Shown here piece after piece: positions 32,752-50,972 of a stretch of DNA of 64,000 bases. Numbering within the stretch: position 1 is the stretch's first letter; every line of letters starts with the position of its first letter. A program made the position numbers and the translations under genes. The stretch is from Eledone cirrhosa (Eukaryota). The notes beneath the pieces are model-generated. The model worked only from the letters and a program-made list of their open reading frames with translations. It was not told the DNA's origin and did no database searches. Where the stretch lies: assembly GCA_964016885.1 (NCBI GenBank), contig OZ024744.1:19344001-19408000 (forward strand), written 5' to 3'.

Positions 32752-35858
<3,107 letters not shown>

Positions 35859-36349
35859 TATATATATATATATTTATATATATACATGCTACTGTACGTC
35901 TGTATACATATATGTATGTACGTATACATACATACTTACATTTAAGTAAGTGCCGTACTAAGAGTGAGAAATGAAATTTCGTTTCATTCTATTCCAACTT
36001 ATTGTTTTCGGTGCGCCTGCCCGACTGAACTCACTAGAAATGCAAATCAGGCTGCTCAGCCGTTAATTTTCATAAGGAAAGTATATACTTTCGAACGTTC
36101 AACCATCTGGCAGAAGGGTATACGGTGCTAACTATAGCTAACAAGCTTGAAACTAGTACATCGTTCCTGTGTCAGTGTTGAACAAAAAGGTGAAGTGGTT
36201 GCCTTAACACCGTACGGCATAAATCAGGCTGTCCGTTTGTTTACAAACGAACAAAGCGAATGTTATAATAAATATTCGCTAAACTGATACGTACATATAT
36301 ATATATGTGTGCCTGTATATATGTATATATATATATATATGTATGTATA

Positions 36350-36389
<40 letters not shown>

Positions 36390-36821
36390 CATGCTACTGT
36401 ACCTCTGTATACACATATGTATGTACGTATATATACATACTTACATTTAAGTAAGTGCGGTACTAAGAGTGAGAAATGAAATTTCGTTTCATTCTATTCC
36501 AACTTATCGTTTTCGGTGCGCCTGGCCGATTGAACTCACTCGATATGCAAATTAGGCCTCTCAGCCGTTAATTTTCATGAGGAAAGTATATACTTTCGAA
36601 CGTTCAACCATCTGGCAGAGGGTATACGGTGCTGACGATAGCTAACAAGCTTGAAACTAGTACATCGTTCCTGTGTCAGTGTTGAACAAAAAGGTGACGT
36701 GGTTGCCTTAACACCGTACGGCATAAATCAGGCTGTCCGTTTGTTTACAAACGAACAAAGCGAATGTCATAATAAATATTCGCTAAACTGATACGTACAT
36801 ATATATATGTGTGCCTGTATG

Positions 36822-36855
<34 letters not shown>

Positions 36856-37733
36856 TATACATGCTACTGTACGTCTGTATACATATATGTATGTACGTAT
36901 ACATACATAGTTACATTTAAGTAAGTGCAGTACTAAGAGTGAGAAATGAAATTTCGTTTCATTCTATTCCAACTTATCGTTTTAGGTGCGCCTGGCCGAC
37001 TAAACGCACTCAATATGCAAATTAGGCTGCTCAGCCGTTAATTTTCATAAGGAAAGTATATACTTTCGAACGGTCAACCATCTGGCAGAAGGGTATACGG
37101 TGCTGACGATAGCTAACAAGCTTGAAACTAGTACATCGTTCCTGTGTCAGTGTTGAAGAAAAAGGTGACGTGGTTGCCTTAACACCGTACGTCATAAATT
37201 AGGCTGTCCGTTTGTTTACAAACGAACAAAGCGAATGTTTAATAAATATTCGCTAAACTGATACGTGCATATATATGTGTGTGCCTGTATGTATATATAT
37301 ATATATGTATATTTATATATATACATGCTACTGTACGTCTGTATACATATATGTATGGACGTATACATACATACTTACATTTAAGTAAGTGCCGTACTAA
37401 GAGTGAGAAATGAAATTTCGTTTCATTCTATTCCAACTTATCGTTTTCGGTGCGCCTGGCCGACTGAACTCACTCGATATGCAAATTAGGCTGCTCAGCC
37501 GTTAATTTTCATAAGGAAAGTATATACTTTCGAACGGTCAACCATCTGGCAGAAGGGTACACGGTACTGAAGATAGATAACAAGCTTGAAACTATTACAT
37601 CGTTCCTGTGTCAGTGTTGAACAAAAAGGTGACGTGGTTGCCTTAACACAGTACGGCATAAATCAAACTGTCCGTTTGTTTACAAACGAACAAAGCGAAT
37701 GTTAAAATAAATATTCGCGAAACTGATACGTAC

Positions 37734-37783
<50 letters not shown>

Positions 37784-39149
37784 GCTACTGTACGTCTGTA
37801 TACATATATGTATGTACGTATACATACATACTTACATTTAAGTAAGTGCCGTACTAAGAGTGAGAAATGAAATTTCGTTTCATTCTATTCCAACTTATCG
37901 TTTTAGGTGCGCCTGGCCGACTGAACGCACTCAATATGCAAATTAGGCTGCTCAGCCGTTAATTTTCATAAGGAAAGTATATACTTTCGAACGTTCAACC
38001 ATCTGGCAGAAGGGTACACGGTGCTGACGATTGCTAACAAGCTTGAAACTAGTACATCGTTCCTGTGTCAGTCTTGAACAAAAAGGTGACGTGGTTGCCT
38101 TAATACCGTACGGCATAAATCAGGCTGTCCGTATGTTTACAAACGAACAAAGCGAATGTTATGATAAATATTCGCTAAACTGATACGTACATATATATAT
38201 GTGTGCCTGTATGTATATATATATATGTATATATATGTATATATATATATATATACATGCTACTGTACGTCTGTATACATATATGTATGTACGTATACAT
38301 ACATACTTACATTTAAGTAAGTGCCGTACTAAGAGTGAGAAATGAAATTTCGTTTCATTCTATTCCAACTTATCGTTTTCGGTGCGCATGGCCGACTGAA
38401 CTCACTCGATATGCAAATTAGGCTGCTCAGCCGTTAATTTTCATAAGTAAAGTATATACTTTCGAACGGTCAACCATCTGGCAGAAGGGTATACGGTGCT
38501 AACGATAGCTAACAAGCTTGAAACTAGTACATCGTTCCTGTGTCAGTGTTGAACAAAAAGGTGACGTGGTTGCCTTAACACCGTACGGCATAAATCAGGC
38601 TGTCCGTATGTTTACAAACGAACAAAGCGAATGTTATAATAAATATTCGCTAAACTGATACGTACATATATATATATGTGCCTGTATGTATGTATATATA
38701 TATATATATATATATACATGCTACTGTACGTCTGTATACATTTATGTATGTACGTATACATACATACTTACATTTAAGTAAGTGCAGTACTAAGAGTGAG
38801 AAATGAAATTTCGTTTCATTCTATTCCAACTTATCTTTTTCGGTGCGCCTGGCCGACTGAACTCACTCGATATGCAAATTAGGCTGCTCAGCCGTTAATT
38901 TTCATAAGGAAAGTATATACTTTCGAACGTTCAACCATCTGGCAGAAGGGTACACGGTGCCGACGATAGCTAACAAGCTTGAAACTAGTACATCGTTCCT
39001 GTGTCAGTGTTGAACAAAAAGGTGACGTGGTTGCCTTAATACCGTACGGCATAAATCAGGCTGTCCGTTTGTTTACAAACGAACAAAGCGAATGTTATGA
39101 TAAATATTCGCTAAACTGATACGTACATATATATATGTGTGCCTGTATG

Positions 39150-39181
<32 letters not shown>

Positions 39182-39616
39182 TACATGCTACTGTACGTCT
39201 GTATACATATATGTATGTACGTATACATACATACTTACATTTAAGTAAGTGCCGTACTAAGAGTGAGAAATGAAATTTCGTTTCATTCTATTCCAACTTA
39301 TCGTTTTCGGTGCGCCTGGCCGACTGAACTCACTCGATATGCAAATTAGGCTGCTCAGCCGTTAATTTTCATAAGGAAAGTATATACTTTCGAACGGTCA
39401 ACCATCTGGCAGAAGGGTATACGGTGCTAACGATAGCTAACAAGCTTGAAACTAGTACATCGTTCCTGTGTCAGTGTTGAACAAAAAGGTGACGTGGTTG
39501 CCTTAACACCGTACGGCATAAATCAGGCTGTCCGTTTGTTTACAAACGAACAAAGCGAATGTTATAATAAATATTCGCTAAACTGATACGTACATATATA
39601 TATGTGTGCCTGTATG

Positions 39617-39655
<39 letters not shown>

Positions 39656-39703
39656 GCTACTGTACGTCTGTATACATATATGTATGTACGTATACATACA
39701 TTC

Positions 39704-39772
<69 letters not shown>

Positions 39773-39777
<5 letters not shown>

Positions 39778-40530
39778 ATAATAATAAATTTGAAGATTAA
39801 AATCCAAGCATAAATATATATCAAATATATAAGAACCGTAGAGCAAATATTTATTAAAATAACAGATTAAAGTTTAAGCAAAGAATCGCTGCTTTCACCC
39901 TTAACGGGATCTTCTTAAACTTACAAAGTCAATCTGTAAACGCAGAACTGGATATTTCAAAAAACGTTGCAACCGGAGGAAGACAGGAAGAGGATACTTT
40001 GGTTCGTGGAATCGTTCGCTGGCAAAGAACGGGAAAGAACGAATAATACGTCATTAATAGGAGCGGTGAAAAGCAATTACGCGCAAAGACAGAACCACGT
40101 GTATGGTATAAAAGAGGTCATAGACTAATGTTCTCATAGGTGGTGCATAGAGACGTTCTCTGGCAATGAACGAAAAAACGAACATTATACGTCATATGTG
40201 GAGCGTGGAGAACAATAGCACGCAAAGACACAACCACGTAAATGATATAGCAGAAGTCGTAGACTAAAATTCTAACTAGGAGACCAAATGAATCTCCGCT
40301 ACAGAGTTAAGAACAAAGTAAATAAATACAATAAAGAAGTAATAGAAATAAATAAATACATACACGCAAACAAATACGTACATACACAAGCATACGCATA
40401 AACTTACCATATGTATACACAACCACGCACATATAAATATGTGTGTGTGTGTATGCGTGTATACAAATAAATAAATAATTATATAAACGTATATAAATAA
40501 ATACGTATATAACAAGCGCACACACACATT
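39773..40530 (-). mobile_element. 3' non-coding portion of the same Naiad-type PLE family as 15356-18625
   Basis: Close match to 15356-16125, including the HHR-like terminal segment and two ~120-bp internal repeats. Confidence 0.88.
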
Positions 40531-40542
40531 GTTACATATGCA

Positions 40543-40960
40543 GAGAGATCTCCAGATATAAAGCAATGCCGGTGCCGTGAAGCTTTTATAGTGAGCAAAG
40601 GCACTGCACAAAGCCACTCCAACTCTCTTAACCAAGATGATATTTACCAAAAAGAAGAACAAATCAACATCATTGGACACCATCAGGGTTGCAGGTGTTA
40701 TATCAGAGTTTTCCTTCTCATAGAATTCTGCCTTGACTAAGGCTAAGGGGTCATCTGTCCCGGTGATTTTGGATGGCCATTGACTCTTACGAGCTCCTAT
40801 GCCCTTTGACAGGTTTTGTTTTTAGTCCTGCAGGATGTCCAAAGTCACCCTCCTCACCAAGAAACCTTGGTGGCTTTGCCAGTTTAGTCGCCAACGACCC
40901 GACCATGGGACAGGTTGTACTGGGATACATGTTACCAGTAGCACCAACTGGAGACCTGAC
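40543..40960 (-). mobile_element. 5' part of a short non-autonomous RTE-derived element (complete copy at 62486-63090)
   Basis: Reverse complement matches ~62486-62905. Confidence 0.8.
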
Positions 40961-40964
40961 ATAC

Positions 40965-41115
<151 letters not shown>

Positions 41116-41167
41116 TTCCCCCTCGTTATCGAGTATGGCCATTGCACGAGAAGAAAAAAAAAAATAT

Positions 41168-41381
41168 ATGGTGGTCGCCAACTCGTTTTCGAGTACGGCC
41201 ACTACTTTATATCGATGTAGGAGAACCCCTACCGATGCGCTGAACGGGTGTGACATTTTAGTCCAGCTATCGACTTGAAAACTCTGGTACAAACACTACA
41301 CTTGTGACAATTATTGACACATAGTGCTGGGCTCATGGTACCATGTGACAACAAGTGGAGAGAGATCTCCAGATATAAAGC
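41168..41381 (-). mobile_element. 3' part of the same short RTE-derived element
   Basis: Reverse complement matches ~62885-63090. Encodes a [20 protein letters not shown] zinc-finger remnant and an RTE-like 3' hairpin. Confidence 0.8.
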
Positions 41382-41539
41382 CATAATACTAATAATAATA
41401 ACAATATTAATAACAATAGTAATAATAATAATAACAACAATAATAATAACGACAACAACAACAATAATAATATACATATATATATATATATATACACACG
41501 CACGCACACACATAAACATATCTATACACACACACACAC

Positions 41540-42475
41540 ACGATAGCAACTAACAGCGCTGCGATTGAATGTGGGCTTTTAGCCCAGCCAATGATCTAAA
41601 ATGTCTTGCACAGAGTCGGCAACCAAAACATTCACTGGGAATAGCCGGCTGTGGTTGGAGTTCGTGTACTTTTGCATGTCGTTTGAGCCCTCCTGCTGAT
41701 TTACATTCTCTACCACAGCATCTCCAACAGCAGCCTGGTAGTCAACTACTGGTCTTACTTTATTACTGCGAAGATAACTTTCGAGTCCAGCTTTGCTTAG
41801 GCAGAGTCTCACACAGACGCTGCGTGTCAGCACCATAGGAGGACCCTCTCCGTCTGGAAGTGCAACAGCAATGCCCTTCCTCACATCCCATTTTATTTTC
41901 CCGTATGCGATTCGAGATGCCTCAAAGGCAAATTTTCCCTCATATACAGTCTTTCTCCATTTATTACGATCAGCAGCAATATTTTCCCATGTATCAGCAG
42001 AGATGTTAGCGTCTTTCAGAGAGGTTTTCAAGGAATCCTTATTCCTCTTTTTTTGTTTATGTGGCCGTCGTTTTTCTTTAACTAACTCTCCATAAAAGTG
42101 TTGTTTTGGTATTCTAGAATCGTTCATTCTGGCAAGGTGACGACTCCAACGGATGCGTTGCTTAAGCACAAGAGCTTCTATACTGTCACACATAGAGCTT
42201 TCCAAAATCTTGATATCACTGATGTGGTCCCTCCAGTGAACGCCATGGATCCGTCTGAGACACATCTGATGGAAACGCTCCAATTGCTTAAGGTGGTGTC
42301 AATATGTGACCCAGGTCTCGCAGGCATAAAGAAAAGAAGAGAGCACACATGTCTTGTACACCTTTACTTTTGTCATCTTGTATATGTCTCGCCGACCCCA
42401 GATCCGCCTTTCTAGCTTTCCGAAAGCATCACTTGCTTTCTTAATCCAAAGTGAGATTTCACTATCAAGGTTTCT
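41540..42475 (-). pseudogene. RTE (BovB-like) LINE 3' RT fragment
   Basis: [59 protein letters not shown]2H2 remnants. Probable detached 3' tail at 41110-41153. Confidence 0.85.
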
Positions 42476-42567
42476 ATACATATATATATACACACATATA
42501 TATATATATATAGATATATAGATATATAGATATATATATATATATACATATATATACATATATACAC

Positions 42568-42600
<33 letters not shown>

Positions 42601-42808
42601 TACATATATACACTCATACACATACACACAGACACCTATATATATTTATATATACATACACATATATATAAACGAAGCCAAATTTTAAACATTTGACTTA
42701 TTTATTTTATTTTATTTTATATATATATATACACAAATACATACATAGATACATATATACATACATATACATATATATATATATAGATATATATATATAC
42801 ATATATAC

Positions 42809-42867
<59 letters not shown>

Positions 42868-42871
<4 letters not shown>

Positions 42872-43064
42872 TAAACGGAATAGAAAATGCTGACAAATCG
42901 TTCACAGTTGAAAAATGGTTTAATTAGGAATAAAAGAGTATTAGTGATTGTATGGGTTAGTATTCAGTTTGTGGTTTTAAGTTTTTAAGTTTTTACCGGT
43001 TGCGCATTTCTAAATGCTTTTCAAAAATAATTTTGAGATAGAGTGTCCGTGCTGTTTGCTCTGA

Positions 43065-43068
<4 letters not shown>
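42868..43068. repeat. ~200-bp dispersed repeat in (TA)n, reverse copy at 54856-55045
   Basis: ccggttgcgcatttct..atgcttttcaaaaataattttgagatagag matches the reverse complement of ~54880-54930. Confidence 0.8.
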
Positions 43069-43126
<58 letters not shown>

Positions 43127-43143
43127 TATATATATATATACAC

Positions 43144-43177
<34 letters not shown>

Positions 43178-43178
<1 letters not shown>

Positions 43179-43232
43179 GGAGTAAGTAAGACCCCGACGG
43201 CTGAGCTCAAGCCGTTTCGACGGCTAATTCTG
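43178..43232. repeat. Fragment of the 5889/55755 half-hammerhead family
   Basis: cgacggctgagctcaagccgtttcgacggctaattctg within (TA)n. Confidence 0.8.
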
Positions 43233-43296
43233 TACATATATATATATATATACATATATATACATATATACATATATAACATATATACATATATAT

Positions 43297-43371
<75 letters not shown>

Positions 43372-43394
43372 TATATATACATATATATATATAT

Positions 43395-43424
<30 letters not shown>

Positions 43425-43426
<2 letters not shown>

Positions 43427-43770
43427 TGTTATACTTTGGGAGGGTCATGTTGCCAATAAGAAACACACGCACCAGTGCTTTCACTTCAATTTATTATATA
43501 TTTATAAACTTACAAATTTATAAATTTATAAATTTCTGGTTGGTTGGTTGGTTCCACAACCAGATAGTTGTTTATATATAGTCATAGCCCTTTCGTCACA
43601 CACTCTGTGACCTCTTCAGTGCCTGGGGATTCCTTTCTTTGTTTCTGTGCCTCTCCTTTGTTCTGTCCTACGCCATTTTGTTTCTGTGTGTGTGTTGTGT
43701 GCTCAGTTTGCGCATGCACCACATCCGGGTGTCTTATTGGCAACATGACCCTCCCAAAGTATAACAATAT
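43425..43770 (-). mobile_element. Small HHR element with ~36-bp inverted ends (family also at 63160-63540)
   Basis: Inverted repeat ttgttatactttgggagggtcatgttgccaataag. Minus HHR 43580-43624: aggca CTGAAGA g gtcaca gagtg tgtgac GAAA gggc TA tgact. Confidence 0.78.
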
Positions 43771-43822
43771 CGGTTTCAACACACGATTTCAGATAAAGAA
43801 TCATGCTAAACAAATTCAGAAA

Positions 43823-43870
<48 letters not shown>

Positions 43871-43894
43871 ACATACATACATACATATACACAC

Positions 43895-43978
<84 letters not shown>

Positions 43979-43979
43979 C

Positions 43980-44053
<74 letters not shown>

Positions 44054-44104
44054 AACATATACATATATATATATACATATATATTTATATATATACACAC
44101 ACAC

Positions 44105-44171
<67 letters not shown>

Positions 44172-44523
44172 TATATATATACACATATACACATATTCAC
44201 ACACACATACACAAATACATATATACATACATATAAATATACACACATAGATGACATGTGAACGCACCTACACACAGTGATATGCATACAAACGAACGGC
44301 CACTCATACAAATAGATACAAATAAGTACTCATATATATACGCATGTACACAGGCACATAAAAACAGCTCTACAAGCAGAAAATGCATATAGGTAAGAGG
44401 TACTTACATAACCATAGTGGCCGTGTTTCAGGTTGAGGAGGGGTAGGGTGGGTTGGGAAAGAGGTAGAGGGGCTATTTTGTCGGCTGTCGTTAAAAACAA
44501 AATAAATAAAGGGGAAGTCGTTT

Positions 44524-46215
44524 TTAGCCACCGGGCATTAACACTGGCTTAAGGTGTTTGAAAGTTGCAAAGTTTTTGTGCATGCAGTTCGGGCAGTGTT
44601 CAGAGAGTTTGTTCAGTAGCGGGCCCTTGGCGAATAACATTTCGTAGCTCTCTGAGATACAAAGGTCGCAGCCCTTGTGTCCTCCGTTGTATGAGCGCGC
44701 TTTCTGGAGTATTTTCCATTTAAGCGTGAAGGGGGTGGAGTTCTTTTGAGGTCCCAAACATAGGAGGCGAGTGTTGTCTGGTTTGATTTGTCCGGTCTTC
44801 TGAAGGAGTGGGTATGGGCATACCAACGGGTCTTAAACTTACTGGAAGTCATGCCGATGTAAGTCTTTTTGTTGTTGCAATCATCGGTGCCTTAGATGAC
44901 ATCGCATTTGTATACGATATCATTTGTCAGGAATTTGCTTTCAAGTGGCAGGCTTCCTTATTTAGGCAATTACACTAGGCCCAGTCTGAGGATTGGGTTC
45001 GGAGATGGTTGGTTATTTAATTTTTTAAAGTTGTGATTGGCTATATTCCTAGCTAGGTTAGGTGTGGTGGAGTAGGAGAGTCTTATTGTGTTCTTATTAA
45101 AGATGGTGTAGTACCTATGTTGTATGGGGAAGTGTGTGTTCAGCAAAGTGAAGAAAATCCTAGCTATAGGTGTAGATACCTCTCTATTGAAATGAGGGTT
45201 GTACCAGCTAATTTGCCTATGCTTATTCCTCCTCTGCATTCTTGCGGTGGTTTCTAGGTAGGTTATATTTTCTTTAAATCCGCTGCGGGTGAGGGCGTCA
45301 TTGTAGTAGGAGGCAGAGGCGTTAAAAATATCTTCATTGGCAGAGAGGCCAGAGATTCTAATAAAGACGCTTTTTACTAAGTTATCAGTGATGTTTTGGG
45401 GGTGGTTAGAATTAACATTAATATATCTAAGGGACTCGTTAGGTTTGTGTTACGGGTAATAGAGGGAAGTATCTAGGTCGGGAGTGACATCTAAGAAGTT
45501 GGCGCTAGTCATATTAGATTCTATAGTTATACTAAATCCTAGATTACGGAAGAACGAGCTTAAGTTTCTCCGAAACCCATCGGTGGTTCTAGGGTTAACC
45601 TTGTGCAGCGGTTAGGCCAGTAAAGAGGTTCTTCAGGTGGTGTAAAATGTACAGGCCCACAAGGTCGCTAATTTCAACCGAGTCACTCGTTCCCATGCTG
45701 ACGTCAAATGGAGTCTGAGACTTCTTGTTGATCCAGTAAGATCCATTGTGGTATAGGAAGGTCTTACGAGCGTGGAGGATAACATCTTGCTCAGCATCGG
45801 TTATGGTGGTAAAATTCCTGGCAAAGGTAATTGCGTCCTTCAGGAGGGGCTCCGAGATAGAAGCATAGTAGTTTTCTATGTCGAGTTGCAGGAAGTGAGT
45901 GTGGCGTTTGTCGGGTAATTCTTGGAACCAAAATATTGCATCATATGTTCTGCTCCAGAGTGGGAGTGGTGAGGCAGCCCGCAATGATGGTAGAACTCTA
46001 TCTAGGATCTTCTTACTGATAGAGCTGATGTCTGAACGAGTGGGGTTGATAAGTCTGACTGATGGTTTGTTGAGGAAGTTTCCCTTATGGTCCTTCAGGG
46101 TAAAGTGCGTGGTCTTTACCCTTAAAGGTTCGGTCATGTAATTTAAGGGACTTGGCGATTTCTTTTCCGGCCGCGTTTGTCTCAGTCAATGCCATCTCTA
46201 TTACCTTTTATATTA
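44524..46215 (-). pseudogene. Second Penelope-like (Naiad-type) family, decayed RT + GIY-YIG
   Basis: TLKDHKGNFLNKPSVRLINPTRS, QLDIENYYASI, FDVSMG, WYNP, RLSYSTTPN, YIGMTSSKFKTR..H, CDLC..E, LLNKLSE..C.H. Multiple stops and frameshifts, diverged from the 16443-18464 family. Confidence 0.88.
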
Positions 46216-46439
46216 CCTATATATATATATTAGAAAATAGAATAGCTTTCACCGTATTTTTGAATAAAGGAATTTTAGCCTGATAATAGGGTTTAGAACT
46301 CTCAGATAAATGGAAAAAAGTTGAGTATTGATGTACATCAATACTCATCTTTTTCCATAGTCAAAGATACGGTGAAAGCTATTATATTTTCTAATTTCAA
46401 ACGTTCTCACGGTTTTCAAAACATACTTACTCATCTCAC

Positions 46440-46710
46440 AGCCGTCCGGGAGCGGGGGAGGGGTAGTTGCTGTGCTTTTTCGGAGAGGCTTGGATCTCGC
46501 CATACGAGCCATCTTCCTTGACCCAGAAGGTGCTGGACGTGACCGGCAGTGAAGGTAATGCTTTCAGGCTAGTAGCCGTCTACGCCCCAAAAGGGGCAGG
46601 ACGGCCAGATTTCTTCAGACGTCTAGAGACCTTCCTTCGAACGTCCCGCTCTTTAGAGTTAGTGGGCGACTGGAACGGTATCTTAGATGCATGCTGGGAT
46701 TATGTGGGGT
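46440..46710 (+). pseudogene. Tx1/L1-like APE endonuclease fragment
   Basis: LDVT...FRLVAVYAP...FFRRLETFL...LVGDWN..LD motifs, GC-rich relative to flanks. Confidence 0.65.
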
Positions 46711-47159
46711 TAGTTTTTCCATTTATCTAAGGGTTCTAAACAATTAAGGATTCGTGTGTGTGTGCGTTTTGGAATGTGAAATAATTAAAAATCATTTCTT
46801 CTTATCCACAATCCCCCCTTTTTTTTAATTCTTTGATAAATATAAAATGTCTTTACTGACACGATAAACTACCACACCACACAAACCCCTGCTTCTTGTT
46901 TACACCAAAGCATGTATTTGACTAACCAATATAAATTCCAAAACGCACTCACAAGCACGCGCGCGCACACACACACGAATCCTTAATTGTTCGCGCCGCC
47001 TACGCAAATACGCAAATGAATACCGGTGAACATACACCGTATTGCCGCCCCACATATTACATCACGTATACACATACGACCACACACAAAGTAGGGCCAA
47101 TGCCTATATACATACATTCTCGGTCCATAAACAACAACAAAAATATATCTTTTGTCGCA

Positions 47160-47262
47160 TCACCAGTCTGAAGAGCAGATCGATACTGAAGTTGGGTTCA
47201 TAACTCCTATGGGTCAACTTGAGCCAATCCTCTGCGAAACGCGCGAAACAGGTTGATACGCA
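47160..47262 (+). ncRNA. Degenerate hammerhead with extended stem II
   Basis: CTGAAGA (47168) gcaga...aagttg..caactt...tctgc GAAA (47236) cgcg. Cleavage triplet not intact. Confidence 0.5.
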
Positions 47263-47297
47263 ATACATATTTTTCATATGTAAATGAAACTTCCTCC

Positions 47298-47612
47298 AGA
47301 TTAAAGTTTAAGCAAAGAATCGCTGCTTTCACCCTTAGCGGGATCTTCTGAAACTAACAAAGTCAATCTGTAAACGCAGAACTGGATATTTCAAAAAACG
47401 TTGCAACCGGAGGAAGACAGAAAGACGATACTTTGGTTCATGGCAACGTTCGCTGGCAAAGAACGGGAAAAAACGAATATATATATATATTTATTAAAAT
47501 AACATATTAAATTTAATAAATATTTGCTCTACGGTTCTTATATATTTGATATATATTTATCCTTATCGAGCCTTCTTTGGAATTTAGTCTTCACATTTAT
47601 TATTATTACTAT
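47298..47612. mobile_element. Naiad-family terminal fragments in opposing orientations
   Basis: 47298-47478 matches ~15460-15640. 47510-47612 is the terminal segment in the opposite orientation. Confidence 0.8.
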
Positions 47613-47915
47613 ATAAATATATATACATATATACATATATATATGTGTGTGTACTGAGTGACTTGTGTTGGTATTTTAATTAATCTCTGATGAAACTCAC
47701 GGTCTATACTCACTCATGGCAAATTGTTAAATAAAATGATTTGCTATATGTAGCATATCACCGTAGGTAGAAATAATTTTTAGTAATTTAAATACATTAA
47801 ACTTTTAAATTCTTTGGTTTGTAAACAAATTGTACCTATAAACAGCTCTGCATCGTCCTATCATTGCATCGATCTAAAAATGAGTAAAATGATTTCTCAT
47901 TAATATTACTATTAG

Positions 47916-48105
47916 TGACGGTGGATTGGCAGTATCGGTAGAGGGTTGGACGCCATGCTTTGATGCATAGAGTTACGGCCCTTTCCATTCTGAGTTCAAA
48001 TCCCGCCGAGGTTTACTTTGCCGTTCATCCTTACGCGGGTCGATAAAATAAAGTACCAGTAATACGCTGGAATAATTGCTGACCTAGTGCCAAAAGTAGA
48101 AACAA
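47916..48105 (+). mobile_element. tRNA-derived SINE (octopus-type)
   Basis: A-box-like tggcagtatcggt, B-box gagttcaaatccc, then gccgaggt..actttgcc.ttcatcct...ggtcgataaaataaagtaccagt. Three copies in window. Confidence 0.8.
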
Positions 48106-48218
48106 TTAATATTAGAAGCAACCGGGGTTTTTTTTTCGCCTCAATTTTTTCCTAATTTTTCCCCGTTCCTTCCTCTTATCACTTTTTACTTTCTATTTAT
48201 CTTCTATTTTTAACTTTA

Positions 48219-48255
48219 TCTTTTGATGAAGGACTAGTGTACGAAACGTTAAGAC
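48219..48255 (+). ncRNA. Degenerate minimal hammerhead (PLE-type)
   Basis: tctt TTGATGA aggactagtgtac GAAA cgtt aaga, palindromic aacgtt stem III. Confidence 0.5.
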
Positions 48256-48455
48256 ACTCTCCCTGTTATTTCAAGCGTTAAACTAATATAATTCTTCCAT
48301 GTACTGTGCCGTTTGTTTTGTTATTTTTCTTATTTTTGTTTACTATTTACACACACACCCACACACGCGCAAATATATATATATATATTTATATATCAAT
48401 CATTGTGTGTGTGTGTAAGTAAATAATATATACGTATATACGTATGTGTGTATTT

Positions 48456-48558
<103 letters not shown>

Positions 48559-48833
48559 GTATCTAAGAGCCTGTCCTGCCATCCTATATATATTTGTATA
48601 TATATCTTTATATCTCTATTTCTATGTCACTCTACTACTACCAACTTCTGTATGTCAATACATGAACGCTCATCACAAACACGTAAACCTTAAACGTTAT
48701 GAAACAAAAAAATGTCAGCTATTCAGCTTTTATTTAATTTGCTACACACATTTATACATGTGAACCTACACGCCTGCGTGTAGGTCCACATGTGTTTATA
48801 GATGTATATATATATGTGTGTATACATATACAT

Positions 48834-48864
<31 letters not shown>

Positions 48865-48877
<13 letters not shown>

Positions 48878-49053
48878 TTATATACACATTTGCTTTGCAT
48901 ACAAACGTGTATATACATACATGCACTCACATACGTATACATACACACATACACACACACATATATATATATATTTATATACACATTTGCTTTGCATACA
49001 AACGTATATACATACATGTACTCACATACGTATAAACACACACACACACACAC

Positions 49054-49097
<44 letters not shown>

Positions 49098-49745
49098 ACA
49101 CATATTTATATACACATTTGCTTTGCATACAAACGTATATATACATACATGCACTCACATACGTATACATACACACAAACACACACACACACACATATAT
49201 ATATATATTTATATACACATTTGCTTTGCATACAAACGTATATATACATACATGCACTCACATACGTATACATACATACACACACACACACATATATATA
49301 TATATATTTATATACACATTTGCTTTGCATACAAACGTATATATACATACATTTTCTCACATACGTATACATACATACACACGCACACACAGACACACAT
49401 ATATATATATTTATATACACATTTGCTTTGCATACAAACGTATATATACATACATGCTCTCACATACGTATACATACACACACACACACACACATATATA
49501 TTTATATACACATTTGCTTTGCATACAAACGTATATATACATACATGCACTCACATACGTATACACACACACATATATATATATATTTATATGCACATTT
49601 GCTTTGCATACAAACGTATATATACATACATGCACTCACATACGTATACACACACACATATATATATATATTTATATGCACATTTGCTTTGCATACAAAC
49701 GTATATATACATACATGCACTCACATACGTATACATACACACATA
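48865..49745. repeat. Minisatellite, 9 units of ~85-130 bp with variable CA/TA tracts
   Basis: catttgctttgcatacaaacgt recurs 9 times. Source of the spurious 485-aa and 360-aa ORFs. Confidence 0.92.
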
Positions 49746-49758
49746 CACAGACACACAC

Positions 49759-49808
<50 letters not shown>

Positions 49809-49831
49809 GCATACATATATACACACATATG

Positions 49832-49874
<43 letters not shown>

Positions 49875-50058
49875 GTGTGTGTGTGTATGTATGTGTGTGA
49901 GAAAGAGAGAGAGAGTGTGTGTGTGTGTGAGAGAGAGAGAGCGAGAGAGAGAGGGGGTGGGGATGGTGAGAGAATGCAAAGTGTTTTTATAGACAATCAT
50001 TCAGTTTCCTATACATGTATAGAAACACTAACACATACAGGTATATACACACAAATAC

Positions 50059-50205
<147 letters not shown>

Positions 50206-50562
50206 GAGAGGGGAGAGAGGGGGGAGAGAGAAAGAGAGATCCACATTAAGAGGCTGTTAACAAGACATATATTTCCACGGTAAGTAAATATTCTATATGG
50301 TAGGCAAAAGTCTTCGGTGAAATCTAAACACAATCAATTTTTCACGCTGGACAAAACTGAATTACAAAAGTCTTACAAGCATTTTCCACGCCAGGTGGTG
50401 CTTAGTTATTAAAACGTCACTTCCTGTTAGTTTAGAGTGACTTCAAGTCAGCCTTTGGCAGAAAACTCTTGTTGGGTGAACTGTTGGACTTAATTTGCTG
50501 CTGAAGGATAGATAGTGTATGTCAGAAATACATCAGTTGCCCGATTGTTGTTAGCTGATGGA

Positions 50563-50613
<51 letters not shown>

Positions 50614-50797
50614 GCACACCACACACGCATACATATATATACATAAACACACAGACACACAGACACACAGATACACACACACACACCCATACACACACAT
50701 ATATATATAGAGATAGATAGATAGATAGATAGATAGATATATAGATAGATATAGATATATACATACATATAGATATATACATACACATATATATATA

Positions 50798-50893
<96 letters not shown>

Positions 50894-50921
50894 TATGTAT
50901 ATAAATATATATATATATATG

Positions 50922-50972
<51 letters not shown>

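Noticed and set aside
46241-46390. Inverted 17-bp repeat containing GAAAGCTA (HHR 3' half-like)
   Set aside because: No matching CUGANGA with stem I pairing, too short to call.
47916-48010. tRNA gene
   Set aside because: A/B-box-like motifs continue into a SINE body repeated three times in the window, and there is no cloverleaf.
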